Shown: positions 27,330-39,981 of the stretch, one piece after another | Position numbering within the stretch: the first letter of the stretch is position 1 | Layout: the number at the start of each line of letters is the position of its first letter | NCBI RefSeq assembly: GCF_902713615.1 | Contig: NC_052155.1 | Location: forward strand, 123,777,031-123,841,030 | Direction of reading: 5' to 3' | Source of the DNA: Scyliorhinus canicula | Taxonomy: Eukaryota | DNA: 64,000 nucleotides | The notes under the pieces: generated by a model | The model's database searches: none | What the model was told of the DNA's origin: nothing | What the model saw: only the letters and a program-made list of their open reading frames with translations | Translations under genes and position numbers: made by a program

Positions 27330-28445
27330 GTTAGCAGATGCAACATTGCTGTAGAAGGAGAGAAAATACAGGGAACTGCAGGCCGTTAGTATAACATCAA
27401 TCATCAAGAAAGTGTTGAAATTTGTTATTAAGGAAGTCTCAACAATGCATTCAGACGAGCATTGTTTGATTAGAACCAGCCAACATGGCTTGCCGAAAGG
27501 GTGATCCTGTTTGACAAATTTAGTTTTTTGTTTTTTGAGGATGTAGCTGACAGGGTAGGTAAAGGAGAGCCAGTGGGTGTTGCATACTTGGATTTACAAA
27601 ACACAGGTGGTAATACACAAGGAAAGGGCTTGTGGGTTGTGTGATCATAGGAGCATAGTAACAGCAGTAGGCCATTCAGTCCCTCAAGCATGTCCCGCCA
27701 TTTAATGAGATCATGGTTGACCTGTGGCCGAACTCCATATACCTGCTCTTCGGCCTATATCCCTTAATATCTTTGCTCAACAAAAATCTTATCCGTCTCA
27801 GATTTAAAATTAACAACTGTTCTAGCTTCAACTTCTGTTGGTGGGAGAGAGTTCCAAACCTCTACCACTCTGAGTGAAGAAGTTCTTCCTAACATCTCTC
27901 CTGAACGGTCTAGCCCTAAGTTTTTGACTATGCCCACAGTTTTAGAACCGCCAATCAGAGTAAATACTTTATCTACCCAGTCTTTCCCTGTTAATATCTT
28001 GAATACTTCGATCAGATCATCCCGTAACCTTCTAAATTCTAGCGAAAACACGTCTAATCTGTGTAATCTCTCCTCGTAACTTAACCCCTGTAGTCCAGGT
28101 ATCATTTCTGTAAACCCATATTGTACTCCTTCCAAGGTCAAAATATATTTTCCAAGTGTGATGCCCAGAACTGCTCTCAGTACTCCATGTGGGGTCTAAC
28201 CAGGGTTTTGTATAGCTGCAGCATCACTTCTGTATCTTTATACTCCAATCCTCGAGATATAACGGCTAGCATTCCATTCTCCTTTTTGATTATTTTCTGC
28301 ATTTGATATATTAACATGGATACAGGTTTGTTTAATGGGCAGGCAGCAAAGAGTAGGGACAAAAGAGGAATAATTTTCAAGTTGCCAGGCTGTGAACAGT
28401 GCTGAGGCCTCTGCTATTTATAATCTATATTCATGACTGGAGGGG
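27330..28445. mobile_element. CR1 fragments (+) with nested minus-strand CR1 3' end (27645-28305)
   Basis: MLQLYKTLVRPHMEY; LSYEERLHRLDVFSLEFRRLRDDLIEVFKIL. Confidence 0.85.
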
Positions 28446-28471
28446 GGACCGGGGGGGGGGACGACGGACGG

Positions 28472-28505
<34 letters not shown>

Positions 28506-28619
28506 ACCGTGGTGACAGCTGCCTCACAGAGCAGGGATCTGGGTTTTATTCTGGCCTTTAGTGACTATGTGGAGTTTGCACATTCTCCCTGTGTCTGCAT
28601 GGGTTTACCAGATTATCGT

Positions 28620-29035
28620 TTCAAGTCTGCATGGCCCTTCAGAACGGAAGAGAGGGGAAAATGTGATTATATACAAGAGCGGGTAGAACATTTGGAACAG
28701 TGATAGTGGGAGCAGGGAGAGATAAGTGACAGATGGCCCAATGAGGGAGGGAGGGAGGTTTTATGCATAGGAACAAAAAAAATGTTTGGGATATATGGGG
28801 GAAAAAAGATAAAGCTGTAGGAGAAAAGCCACGGTCTAAAGTTGTTGTGTCCTGAGGGCTGTAACATGCCTAAGTGGAAGATGAGATGCAACTTCTCCAG
28901 TCTGTTGGGGATTTCACTGGAGCATTGCAACAGGCCAAGGACGTGGTCTTGAGAGCAACAGGAAGGCTGGGGTCATGCATGCTGAATGGGGGTGTTTCGC
29001 AAAGTGGCACTTAGTCTGCATTTAGTCTCCCCTTC
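28620..29035 (-). mobile_element. Degenerate Penelope-like element 3' end (second, older family)
   Basis: Minus strand GETKCRL...FAKH and QCSSEIPNRLEKLHLIFHLGMLQPSGHNNF resemble a PLE GIY-YIG C-terminus. Confidence 0.7.
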
Positions 29036-29277
29036 TGATACTACTTTGAGATTTCTGGTTCAGAGGACTGACTTCTGGGCTGGGTAATTTTGGAAATTTA
29101 AAACTCACATTTGAACAAATATTAATTTGTGCACTAATAAAGCTATTTTTGATTAAAGTTTCCACTCATGATAGCAGCATAAACATTTAAACATTTGTCT
29201 CCCTGCCTCTCCTCTACTTCCTACTTTCCCGTATGTTCTTTTGGGCAAGTTTTTGGCAGAAGGATGAAAATAACATC

Positions 29278-29505
29278 TCTGAAAGAGCACCCTAACTAGG
29301 CTCATGCCTCTGCCTAGCCCCGTAATCCAATAACCCCACCTAACCTGCACATCTTTGAGCTGTGAGAAAACTGGAGCACCTGGAACAAAACCCATGCTGA
29401 CACGGGGAGAGTGTGCAATCTCCATAGTCACCCAAGGCTGGAATTGAACCCGGGTCCCTGTTGCTGTGATGCAGCAGTGCTACCACTGTGCAGCCATGCT
29501 GCCCC
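29278..29505 (-). mobile_element. V-SINE/HE1-like SINE
   Basis: Head and core on the minus strand. Confidence 0.88.
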
Positions 29506-29519
29506 AATTTAAAATTGCT

Positions 29520-29848
29520 GGGCAGCACAGTAGCACAATGATTTAGCACTGCTGCCTCAACTCCAGGGACCCGGGTTCAATTCCAGCCTTGGGTGACTGT
29601 CTATGTCAGGTTTGTACTTTCTCCCCGTCTCTGCTTGGGCTTCTTCTAGATGCTCTGGTTTCCTTCCAAAGCCCAACGATGTGCAAGTTAGGTAGAGTGG
29701 TCATGCTAAATTGCCCCTCACTGTCCAAAAGGTTAGATGGGGTTACTGGGTTACAGGGGTAGGTGAGGGTGCTCTTTCTAAGGGCCGTGCAGACAGAATG
29801 GGGCAAATGCCCTCCTTCTGCACTTTAGGGATTCTTTGAATCTATGAT
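29520..29848 (+). mobile_element. V-SINE/HE1-like SINE
   Basis: Head, core and tail; head-to-head with the previous copy. Confidence 0.88.
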
Positions 29849-30645
29849 TTGAGTGGCAAAAGGAACCATGGTGACAGGAGGAAAAGGTTTTCTTTGCAGT
29901 GTGTGCTTAGGGTCTGGAATGATCTGCTTGAGAGCGTGGTGGAGGCAAATTCAATGAAGGCCTTCAAAGAGAAATGTGAAATGTTTGCAGGGCTATGGGG
30001 GAAAAGGAAGGTTGCTCTTGAAAGAGATGGCATCGCCACAATGGTTCAAACGCCCCCCCCCCTTGTGCTGTAGCATTCTGTTTCTATAATCACATCAATA
30101 TCCATACATCAAAGATATTATGCGTTTGAATTTTAGTTAGAATTTTAGAATTGTAATTGTGTTTGAAGCAGTGCAGCGAAGGTTCACTTGACTCATTCCT
30201 GGGAATAAGGGCTCATCGTTTGAAGCAAGATTAGGTCTGCATCCATTGAAGCTTTCAGAAAAATGATCAATTATCTTATTGAAACATATAGGATCCTGAG
30301 GGGACTTGATAGGGTGGATATCAAGTGAATATTTCTTCTTGAGGGAGGCACTAGAACTAGGGAACACAGTTTAAAAATAAGAGGTCTGTCATTTAAAGGG
30401 GGAGATGAGAAATTTATTTTCTCGAAGAAGGTTGTTCACCTGTGGAATGCTTTTCACCAGGGAGCAGTAGAGGCTGGGTATTAAATTTATTCAAAGCGGC
30501 CTTAGATAAATGTTTGGTAGATAAGGGAGTCAAGGATTATTGGAATGGACAGGAAAGTGGAATTGAGACCACAGCCAAACCAGCCACAATCTTACTGAGG
30601 ATTCTAAGGGCCAAACAACCAAATCCTATGTTTCTATATAATGTG
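29849..30645 (+). mobile_element. CR1 3' fragments (two)
   Basis: FSLQCVLRVWNDLLESVVEA; LNLFKAALDKCL. Confidence 0.7.
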
Positions 30646-31599
30646 ATTGGGGAATATGAATACAGGTTCCCCACACAGCTCAAAATAGTCTGTTTTTCTA
30701 TTTGCCATATTTTTTGTCTGTAAAAGTTATAATGTAATAACATGAAACATTTTTTATTGAATTGTCTTGTCAACATTTTTTTTGTCCATACCCTAGAGTA
30801 ATGACGGGAGTTGAATTCAAAATATACATCATGAGATGTTTTATCTGACTTTTTTTTTAAGGATGCATGTATACAAGACAGTTAGTTGTTCAGATGGAAT
30901 ATTTTGGCAATTCCCAGCAGCTTTTCTAAATTTATCTGTTGCTGGAATAAAAGTTTTTGGACAAGCTTTTTAAAAAAATTATTTATATTTGAGTAAAATT
31001 GTTTTTTCTTTTCAAGAGAATGTGGGTGAGGGGCATCAGGGACAGACCATTGATCAAGTGAATTCTTGTTTTGCATCCTGTAAACTTCAGGAAATGTGCT
31101 AAATTCTGAGATAAGGACATTTCCACATGATAAATTTCCTTTTTCAAAAAACTACATTTTTGGAGGAACAGCTGATCCATCTCACCTGATTTGTCAAACT
31201 GCACTGTATTGCCAAAACAGCCTGATCTCACTGTTACTCTGACCATTTTAAAATGTAAACAGTTTAATTTTTGTCTGTTATCAGAAAAAGAAAAGTCTTT
31301 CTTCAGCTAACCCGTTGCTAGCTTTAACTGTTTTGTGGTTGTATTTGGAAAGTTAACGTTTGAAAATCGCAAACTTCTGATACCACACATTCTTTCTCTC
31401 TCTGTCCATGCCTTCCATAACCTCTTACGGTCTCGGGCAGTAAAGGACAAATGCGTTGGTAAAATAAGTTGCACCTGTACTCCAGAATCAATTTTACCAC
31501 GGTAGTAATCTGATTTACAAAATCAAATTACTGCGGATGCTGGAATCGGAAACAAAAACAAAAAAACCCACTGCAGACTTTGTGTTCTCTCAATTTACT

Positions 31600-34000
31600 C
31601 CTACCTATCTTGTGCCCTCAGCAAATTTGGCTCCAATACAGCCTATCCTTTTATCCAAGTGCTTAATATAGATCGTAAATAGTTGAGGCCCCAGTACTGA
31701 TCCGAGTGGCACTCCATTTATTGCAACGGTTTCCAGTAAGTTGGCCAATCCTCTATCCATGCTATTATATCACCCCCAATGCCATGAGCTTATTTTCTGC
31801 AATATCCTTTTATGTCACAACTAATCAAATGCCTTTTGGAAACCAAAATATACTTCATCTATTGGTTTCCCTTAATCCACGCTGCTTGTTTCATGCTCAA
31901 AGAACTCTGTTAACGTTGGCAAACACAATTTCCCTTTCACAAAGCCATGTTGACTCTGCCTGATTATATTATGATTTTCTAAATAACCTGCTACTACCTT
32001 CTTAATGATGGATGCAAGCATTTTCTCAATGGCAGATGTTTGCCTAACTGGCTTCGAGTTTCCTACTTTCTGTTTCCCTCCTTTCTTCGATGCTGCTATT
32101 ACATTTGTGGTTTTCTAATCTGCTGGAACCTTTCCAGAATCGAGAGAATTTTGGAAGATTACAATTGATGCATCCATGATCATAGCAGCCATTTCCTTTT
32201 AAATGCACGGATGTTGGCCTTGAGGTCCAGGGAATTGTTAGCCTTTAGTCCCATTTAGTTTTCCTTGTACTTTTTTTCTTAAATTCTCCCCGTGCTTTTC
32301 TACTATTTTTGTGTCTTCTATTTTACAACCAGATACAAAACACTTGTTCAAAGTCTCTCCAGTTTCTTTGTTTCCCAATATTAATTCTCCAGCTTCATCC
32401 CATAAGGGACCAATGCTCACTGTCCCCAACCTTTTTCCTATTTATATACAGATAAAAGATTTTACTGTAATTTCTCCCTCTTTATTATATTTTTAGTGAT
32501 CCTTTAGTTTCTAAAATGTTCCCAACCTTATAGCCTGCCCCCATTGTACATCTTGTCATCCATAATTCCTTGGATGGTGCATCCTTCTCGTGGATTATTT
32601 TTATTGAGTTTGTTAACTGACAGTCTTCCATTTTATCTTTTAACCCCCGTTCCCAATTCACTTTAGTCAACTGTGCCTTCATACCCTTGTGATTGCCTTT
32701 ATTTACCACACTAATTTTAGACCCAAATTTCTTAACCTCAAATTGAATGTGAAATTCTTTCATGTTACCCAGAAGATCCAACGTTATGAGGTTATTAATG
32801 AATCCTCTTTTTACACTTTACCGAGTCTAAAATAGCCTATTCCCTGTGTGATTCCAGAATGTATTCTCAGAAATTGTAAAATACATCATACAAACTTGTC
32901 CTCAAAGCTGCTTTTGCCAAATTGATTTGTCCAAACTATATGAAGATGAATATCTCCTACAATTATTGCAGTACTTTTCTTCCAAGTCTCCATTATGTCT
33001 TGTAGCTGCTGTCGGGGCCCATAAACCACTACCAGCAATGACTTTTTTCCGTTGCTATTTCTTATCTCTCCAAACTAATTCTGTATTTTGATCCTCTGAA
33101 TCAGTATTATTACTACTGATCTTACCGTTGATTAGCGGAGTTCTCCCACCTCCTTTTGCTTTCTTCTTGTCCTCACAAAATGTTAAATACCCATCACTTT
33201 CCAGCTGTGGCCACGATGTAACCATGGGTGGAGAATTGCCCGGGGCCAGCGTCAATCCTGCCCCCGGCGTGGCCCGAATCGGCGGGGGCGGGAGTCGCGC
33301 TGCGCCGGTCGGCGCCCCCCCGCGCGGCGATTCTCCAGCCCACGGTGGGCTGAAGTCCCGCCGCTGACAGGCCAATCCCACTGGCTGGAATCAAAACACC
33401 TCTGGTGAGGAAAGAGAGATCTGGATCTGACCCCGGAGGGTGCCCCCACGGTGGCCTGGCCCACCGATCGGCGGGCGGGCCTGTGCCGTGGGAGCACTCT
33501 TTTGCTTCTGCCCTACCATGGCCTTCACCATGGCGGGGGCGGAAGAGTACCCCCTCTGCTGCGCATGCGCCGGTATGACGTCAACAGCCGCTGACGCACC
33601 GACACATGCGCAGACTTTTGCCGCCTGGTGAAGGCCTGTCGGCCCCAGCTGGCGGGGCGCCAAAGGCCGTTCGCGCCGGTCGGCGGAGCGGCAACCACTC
33701 CGGCGTGGGCCTAGCCCCTTAATGTGAGGACTTGGCCCCTAAAGGTGCGGAGAATTCCACACCTTTGAGGAGGCCTGACGCCGGAGTGGTTGACGCCACT
33801 CCAATACGCCGGGACCCATGCCCCGCCGGGGAGGGGAGAATCCCGGCCCAGGTCTCTATATGGGTATCCGATCATACAATTTATTTCTATTTGTGCTATT
33901 ATTTCATCCATATTGTTACGAATACGTACATTCAGATAAAGAGCCTTTTAATTCTGCATTGTTACCATTTTCCCCTAATCTAACCTTGTTTGCTGGTGCG
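31600..34000 (-). mobile_element. Degenerate CR1 LINE (endonuclease to RT), host of GC-rich MITE
   Basis: GELILGNKETGETLNKCFVS; NHKGMKAQLTKVNW; RT-region remnants (caaatgccttttggaa, aagccatgttgact). Confidence 0.75.
33225..33850. mobile_element. GC/CpG-rich MITE-like non-autonomous element with internal hairpins
   Basis: Abrupt GC-rich block inside an AT-rich CR1; ends ggagaatcccggccca; recurring ggagaat/attctcc motif; perfect 15-bp inverted repeat 33692-33706/33778-33792. Confidence 0.7.
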
Positions 34001-34004
34001 CTCT

Positions 34005-35340
34005 TACTTTATTTATTCATTTATAGTATGTGAACGTCACTAGTTAGGCCAATATTTATTGCCCATCCTGAGTTGCCCTTCAGAATGTGATGGTGAGTTA
34101 CCTTCTTGAACTGCTACATTCCCTGAGGTGTAGGTACACCCACTGTGTGCTGTTGGGGGACAGAATTCCAGGATTTTGATCCAGCGACAGTGAAGGAACG
34201 GCGATTATATTTCCATGTTGGGTGGTGAGTGACCGGGGGGAGGGTCACAGCAGAGTCATGAACACCACCCAGTCCATCGACTCTGTCTACACCTCCCGCT
34301 GCCTTGGGAGTGAAAGTGGGCAGCATAATCAAAGCCCCCTCTCACCCGGCTTACTCACACTTCCAACTTCTTTCATCGGACAGTAGATACAAAAGTCTGA
34401 GAACACGCAGATTCAAAAACAGCTTCTTCTCTGCTGTTACCAGACTCCGAAATAGTCCTCTTATGGACTGATGGACTGATCAGATCTCTTTCACATATCT
34501 TCACCTGATGCCTGTGTCTATGTATTTACAATGTGTATTTTATGTTTGCCCTATTATGTACTTTTCATATACGGTGACCTGTTTGAGCTGCACACAGAAC
34601 AAAACCTTTCACTGTACCTCGGTACACGTGACAATAAACCAATCCATCCATCCTTACTCTTGTCCTTCTAGGTGGTAATGGTCATGGGTATGGCAGGTAT
34701 GATTGTGGGTTTGGAAAGTGTGGTATTGGGTTTGGAGGGAGCTGTCTAAGAAACCTTGTCGGGTTTGTGCATCTTGTCGATGGTATGCAAGGCTGCCACT
34801 GTTTGTCGGTGGTGGAGGGTTAACATGTTTGGAAAGGGGAGCAATCAAGCTACCTGCTTTGTCCTGGATGGTGCCAGGCTTCTTGAGTATTGTTGGAGCT
34901 GCACTCATCCAGGCAAGTGGAAAGTATTCCATTAACTGATTTGTAAATTGCAAATGGTGGACAGAATTTGTGGGACCAGGAGGTGAGTTACTGTCCATAG
35001 GATTCCTAGCCTTTGACCTGCCCTAGTAGCCATAGTATTTATATGGCTAGTCCGGTTCAGTTTCTGGTCAATGGTACCCCCAGGGTGTTGATTGTTGGGT
35101 GTTCAGCGAAGGTAATGCCATTGAATATCAACGGGCAATGGTTTACTTCTCTCTTGTAGGAGATGGTCATTGCCTGGCACTTGTGCGACATGAATGTAAC
35201 TTGCCACTTGTCAGCCCCAGCCTGGATGTTGTCATGGACTGCTTCATTATATGAGGGGTCGCGAGTGGTACTGAGCATTGTACAGTCGTCTGAAAACATC
35301 TCCACTTTGACCTTTATAATGGAAGGGAAGTCATTATGTT
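34005..35340 (-). mobile_element. CR1-clade family B 3' portion, interrupted by Rex1/Babar 3' end (34255-34652, +)
   Basis: VEMFSDDCTM...DNIQAGADKWQVTFMSHKCQAMTIS; MEYFPLAWMSAAPTILKK. Confidence 0.82.
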
Positions 35341-36174
35341 TGTAAACTCTGTGCCTTCCTGTTGTACTCTGGTTAATCACCCACATCAATACCCTGCATT
35401 ATTCCTTTGTCCTTTCTCTGGTTTCCAGATCTCACCCCCCCCCCCCCCCCCCCCCCCCCCCCGCCCCCCAAACTATTTATTTTAAAGCCCTCCATACAGC
35501 TCTCGTGATATGGTTCTCCAGTATACTGGGTCAAGTGAAGGCTGCGTCTCACGGTACAGCTCACTCTTTCCCTCAGTACTGGGCCAGTGGTCCATGAATC
35601 AAAACTGATTGGTGAGTAGCACCACTGGAAATCTTGTAATAAATAAAAATTGTCCACTTTGGTCACCGTGCCTATAACACTTTGTTGCATTTCGTTAATG
35701 ACACTCATGGTGTAAAATCTCATATCTTGATTCACCACAAGGAATGATGCACACAATTTGTTTATTTGTATTTGCACATATGCTGAATTTTATACCAGTG
35801 AGATTGCTAATGGTTTTGCTTTTTGTTTTTAAGAAACTGAAATAAGCCATTCAGAATGCGAATAAGGTACTTTATCTGTCATAAAAAGGATGTCATAAAC
35901 AGAATAATGAATGAATGTGCAGTCAGTTTACCCATATCTGTGCCGAGGTTGATGGGATCTTTCTGCAGGGGTTTTCATAATATTGATGAGGAAACTGAGT
36001 AACAGTGAGTAATACTCTAAAACCTATCTTTGTTAGACTGTGTGTTCCATGGGAAAAACCACAGCTTATTTTGACCCTTGAGCTTGAGGCAACATTCAAT
36101 TAGATCATGGTTGATCTGCACCTCAATTCCATTTTCCTTCAAAATAAGCATGCTCAACATTGAAGTAATAAATG

Positions 36175-36810
36175 ATTTTTTAAATTTATGCATGGGATGT
36201 GGGTGTTGCTAAGCCAGTATTTATTGCCCATTCTTAGTTGCTCTTAAGAAGGCGCTGGTGAGCTGCTTTCTTGAATCGCTGACATCCATGTGGTGTATAT
36301 ATGCACCCACAGTGCTGTTCAGGAAGGAGATCTAGGATTTTGACTCCGCAATAGTGATGGAAGGCAATATATTTTCAAGTCAGGATGCTGGGTGACTTGG
36401 AGAGGAACTTGCAGGTGGTGGTATTCCCATGTATCTGCTGTCTTGTCCTTCTGGATAGTAGTGGTTGTGGGTTTGGGAGGTGCTACCTTTGGAGCCTTGG
36501 TGAGTTCCTGCAGTGGATTTGTAGATGGTACACACTGCTGCTACTGTGCGTCAGTATTGGAGGGGGTGATTGCTTGTGGAAGGGGTATGAATCCAGCAAG
36601 CTGCTTTGTCCTGCATGGTGTTGTTGGATCTGCTCTCATCGAGGCAAGTGGAGAGTATTCCATTACATTGATTTGTACCTTGCTGATTGTGATCAGCTTT
36701 GAGGAGTCAGAGGTGAGATACTTGCCGGAGGATTTCCAGCCTCTGACCTGCTCTTGTAGCCACAGTATTAATATGGCTAGTCCTGTTCAGTTTCTGTTCA
36801 ATGGTAATTA
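36175..36810 (-). mobile_element. CR1-clade family B 3' end
   Basis: Tail atttattgcccat...aaggcgctggtgagctgctttcttgaa shared with 23020 and 34005. Confidence 0.8.
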
Positions 36811-38895
36811 AGCAAAAGAGACAGAAGGGAGGTAACGCGAGGGCACAGATTTGTGGTCACTCTCAAAATAACCAAAGGTGAGATGAGAATTTTGTAATTC
36901 AGTGAGTTGCAATCTGGATTGTACTGCCTAAAAGAGAGGTATAAGTAGCCAGTACTAACTTTCAAAAGGAAATTGAATAAAATACTTGACGGGAAAAAGT
37001 CTAAGGCAGCAGAAATAACCGCCAGTGTCTAAGAAATCATCTCTAAAGTACTGAAAACACTATTTCAAACCAAGTGCTGTGAGCAAAAGCCTTCAAGGCA
37101 AAAAAGGAATTAAATTTTTAAAGGCTTTCCAGCATAACAATTTTTCAGTTTCAGAAAGCCTGTCTTAACTAGACTAGCAGTTAAAGTCTGAATCCAAGAT
37201 TAAAGGTGCAGCAACACGTGTGCTCATTGAGAAAACTATTAGAATTCTGAACATGTGATTCTGGTGGGCCTGTGACTAATGGTGGTTGGGGGGGAGGAGG
37301 GGGGTTTAAAAGGAAGGTACGTGAGATAGCTTTGAACGTAGTGCCCCAGTTCCATGTGTCCTTTCTCCATCTGCTCTCTTGTAGCCGATCTGCACTTCCT
37401 TGCCAACCAAGAGCTGGAAAACACTTTGGCCCTTCAACACCTCACAGAAGTGCAGCAAAGTGAGGCTTTCCTCTGTCCTATTTAAGCTAACATTCTGACT
37501 GCAGATAATTGGTAACGACTAGCATGCACTTGTACTGACAATCCTATACAGTTTACACTTTCAAGCATTCTTGCCATGGAGATGCACATCAGTGCAAAGA
37601 CCTGAGCAGGTATTCTTTCTCTCTCTCTTCCCCCCCCCCCCCCCCCCCCCCCCCCAGCCCCCAGCCCCCAGCCCCCAGAATGGTGCCTGGAGCACCTGTG
37701 GGAAATGAAAGCTGTAAACTGGAATTGAGTGTGCTATCCTCCGTTCCCTCTGTTCTGTGATCTCTTCTGTAAAGGCAGAACCAAGAGTTATAATGTGATA
37801 AATGGATGACTTAATCAATGTATGAATCTTTTGACACAGGTCACACTGCAATTAAGCTTTTGTGCTACAAATGTGTTTCTTAAATAAAATGCCGTTATTA
37901 AAAGGATTAAAGGAAGCCATTTGTGGAGGATGACGGTGCAGGATGGATATGACTGACAACAAGATGATGGTGTGTGTCAGTGGCGGCCGTTTAATTGGGG
38001 AGGAGAGGAAATGCCTTGACAGAAAGAGATAGGTGGTCCTGCAAGTTCTGTAGGTCTGAGGAGTTCTGTGCAGAAGGCGTGCAGTGAGGGTGTTGGAAAC
38101 CACATTTTCTACCCTGACAAGGCTATTGAACCTCTTGCGGCACTAACCAGGCCTCCTTGGCCAATTTACATTCATTTGGAGGCAGGAAATTTTCTTCCCA
38201 TCCTGTGGGCCCTGAGAACTTGCAGCTTGACATCCAAAGATGACTCCGAACTAATGTGTGCCCTTTCATCTTGCTGACTTTGCATCACTCCAGTTGTTGC
38301 CTCTCATTGCCGCTTGTGGAATGCTTTAAATTCTGCCCCTCACTGAGGACCCTTTAAATATAAAATGGGATGTGGATGCTGTGGTTCTGTTAGAAAGTAA
38401 TGGAAAAATCCACTCCAATGAATATTTGGGCTCCTGACCTGCTACCAGAACCCAGTGAATGAGTTCAACCATCGAAATCAGCCCCCGTTTTCCACATAAA
38501 ATATATATTGTATCCACTTCTGCTATTCTCTTTTCTTATTAAAAGGATAGAATTTTGGTACTTTTTCTGATTTTAGCGGTGGTAGACTCTGTTATTCAAG
38601 TATGTCCAAGCTACAAGTGAAGGGAAGAAAAACAAAAGTAATGCAACACATGAAGATTGGTGGTAAATATAGTAGAACAAACTTGTGTTTTCAATGTCCT
38701 GCACAGCATTTTCAAATGTTGCCTTCCAAGAACAGCTGGTATCTTTTTTAAAACTGCTCAAGCATGTTACTAATTAATTCCAATGCTGTATTAGATGACA
38801 TTAAACATTGAAACTTCTGCGCAGCATAAGTAAATAATTAACACTTAGTGAGAGATCAACTTGCTCACTTGTGTTCTGAAAAATGCTTTGATTAT

Positions 38896-38915
38896 GGGAA
38901 TTCCCATTGCGCAAT
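38896..38915. promoter_or_regulatory. Candidate composite NF-kB (GGGAATTCCC) + C/EBP (ATTGCGCAAT) element
   Basis: Two perfect 10-bp palindromic consensus sites directly abutting, in non-repetitive-looking AT-rich sequence 1.07 kb upstream of the BTB exon; function inferred only. Confidence 0.5.
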
Positions 38916-39208
38916 TCATAAAGTCGGCTGTCTCATTTAGATGCTCTTCAGAAATAAGTAAACCTTTGATAGGGACTGATGATCCAATTTTGATGAGTCT
39001 GAAAACAGCTGGTTCAGGGAGGGAAGAATTATGCCTGATTCATGTTCCTAATTGTTACCCACTGTCTCCCATAAGTCATGTACATGTTAGTGTCTGGCAC
39101 TGCAGTATTAAATATGGGGGACAAAAATGGCAGTTTCTTAAATTATCAATTGGGGAAAAACTAGCATCCAAAAACTTGGAACCAGAATGTACCATTGCCG
39201 TCTCCTGT

Positions 39209-39325
39209 CTGGTTGGAGGGGGGTGGAGCAGGAGAAAATTGGAGACCCTGGTTGGAGAGGGGTGGAGCATGAGAAAATTGGAGACCCTGGTTGGAGAGGG
39301 GTGGAGCAGGAGAAAATTGGAGACC
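39209..39325. repeat. Minisatellite, 3 x 39 bp
   Basis: ctggttggagRggggtggagcaKgagaaaattggagacc at 39209, 39248 and 39287. Confidence 0.95.
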
Positions 39326-39981
39326 AAGAAAAACTAACTTATTATGGCATTTAAAAATACAGGACAGACTGTCTCAAATTAACATTGTTACTTCCTATCA
39401 AGCTCCTTACTTTCCAATCAAAAATCTTAATGCCTTTTGTTGCATTCAAATGTGATACCCTAAAACTGCTATCCAATTCACTTCTTGCAATGACATTGTA
39501 GCAAACTAGCCAGGAGTAGAAAAAACGGATGAGATCCACATTGCCGATCATGTCTGAGGCCTGCATTCAAATAAACTAAAAGAAACATAATTTAAATCTG
39601 AGTTTTCTCTTCTCAAGACCTGAATCAGTTTGATATTCTTGTTAATTTAATGGGTACTAGCCTCTGAACAAATCAATGTTGTATTTTTATGAATGACACA
39701 TACAATGATTTGCCTAGAAACAATAGGAAGTGCTTTGACTTGCAGCACACGAGTAGAGTGCTGTATATTGCAACTAAAGTTGGCGCAGTCCAGTTGAAAA
39801 TCCAAGTAATTTTTTTCTCAATACTGGTGTCCCTCCACTCTCGCCTCTCTATCTCGTGCCCTTTATTTATCGCTCTCGCTCGAGCACTCTCTCTCGCGCG
39901 ATCTCTCATTTTACGACAAGCGTAAATAGTGGAACATAATTTGCCATTTATTTTTTAAATTTGGTTTGTTTTTATTTCCAG

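Noticed and set aside
39209-39325. CRISPR-like array
   Set aside because: Units are contiguous with no spacers, in a eukaryotic context.
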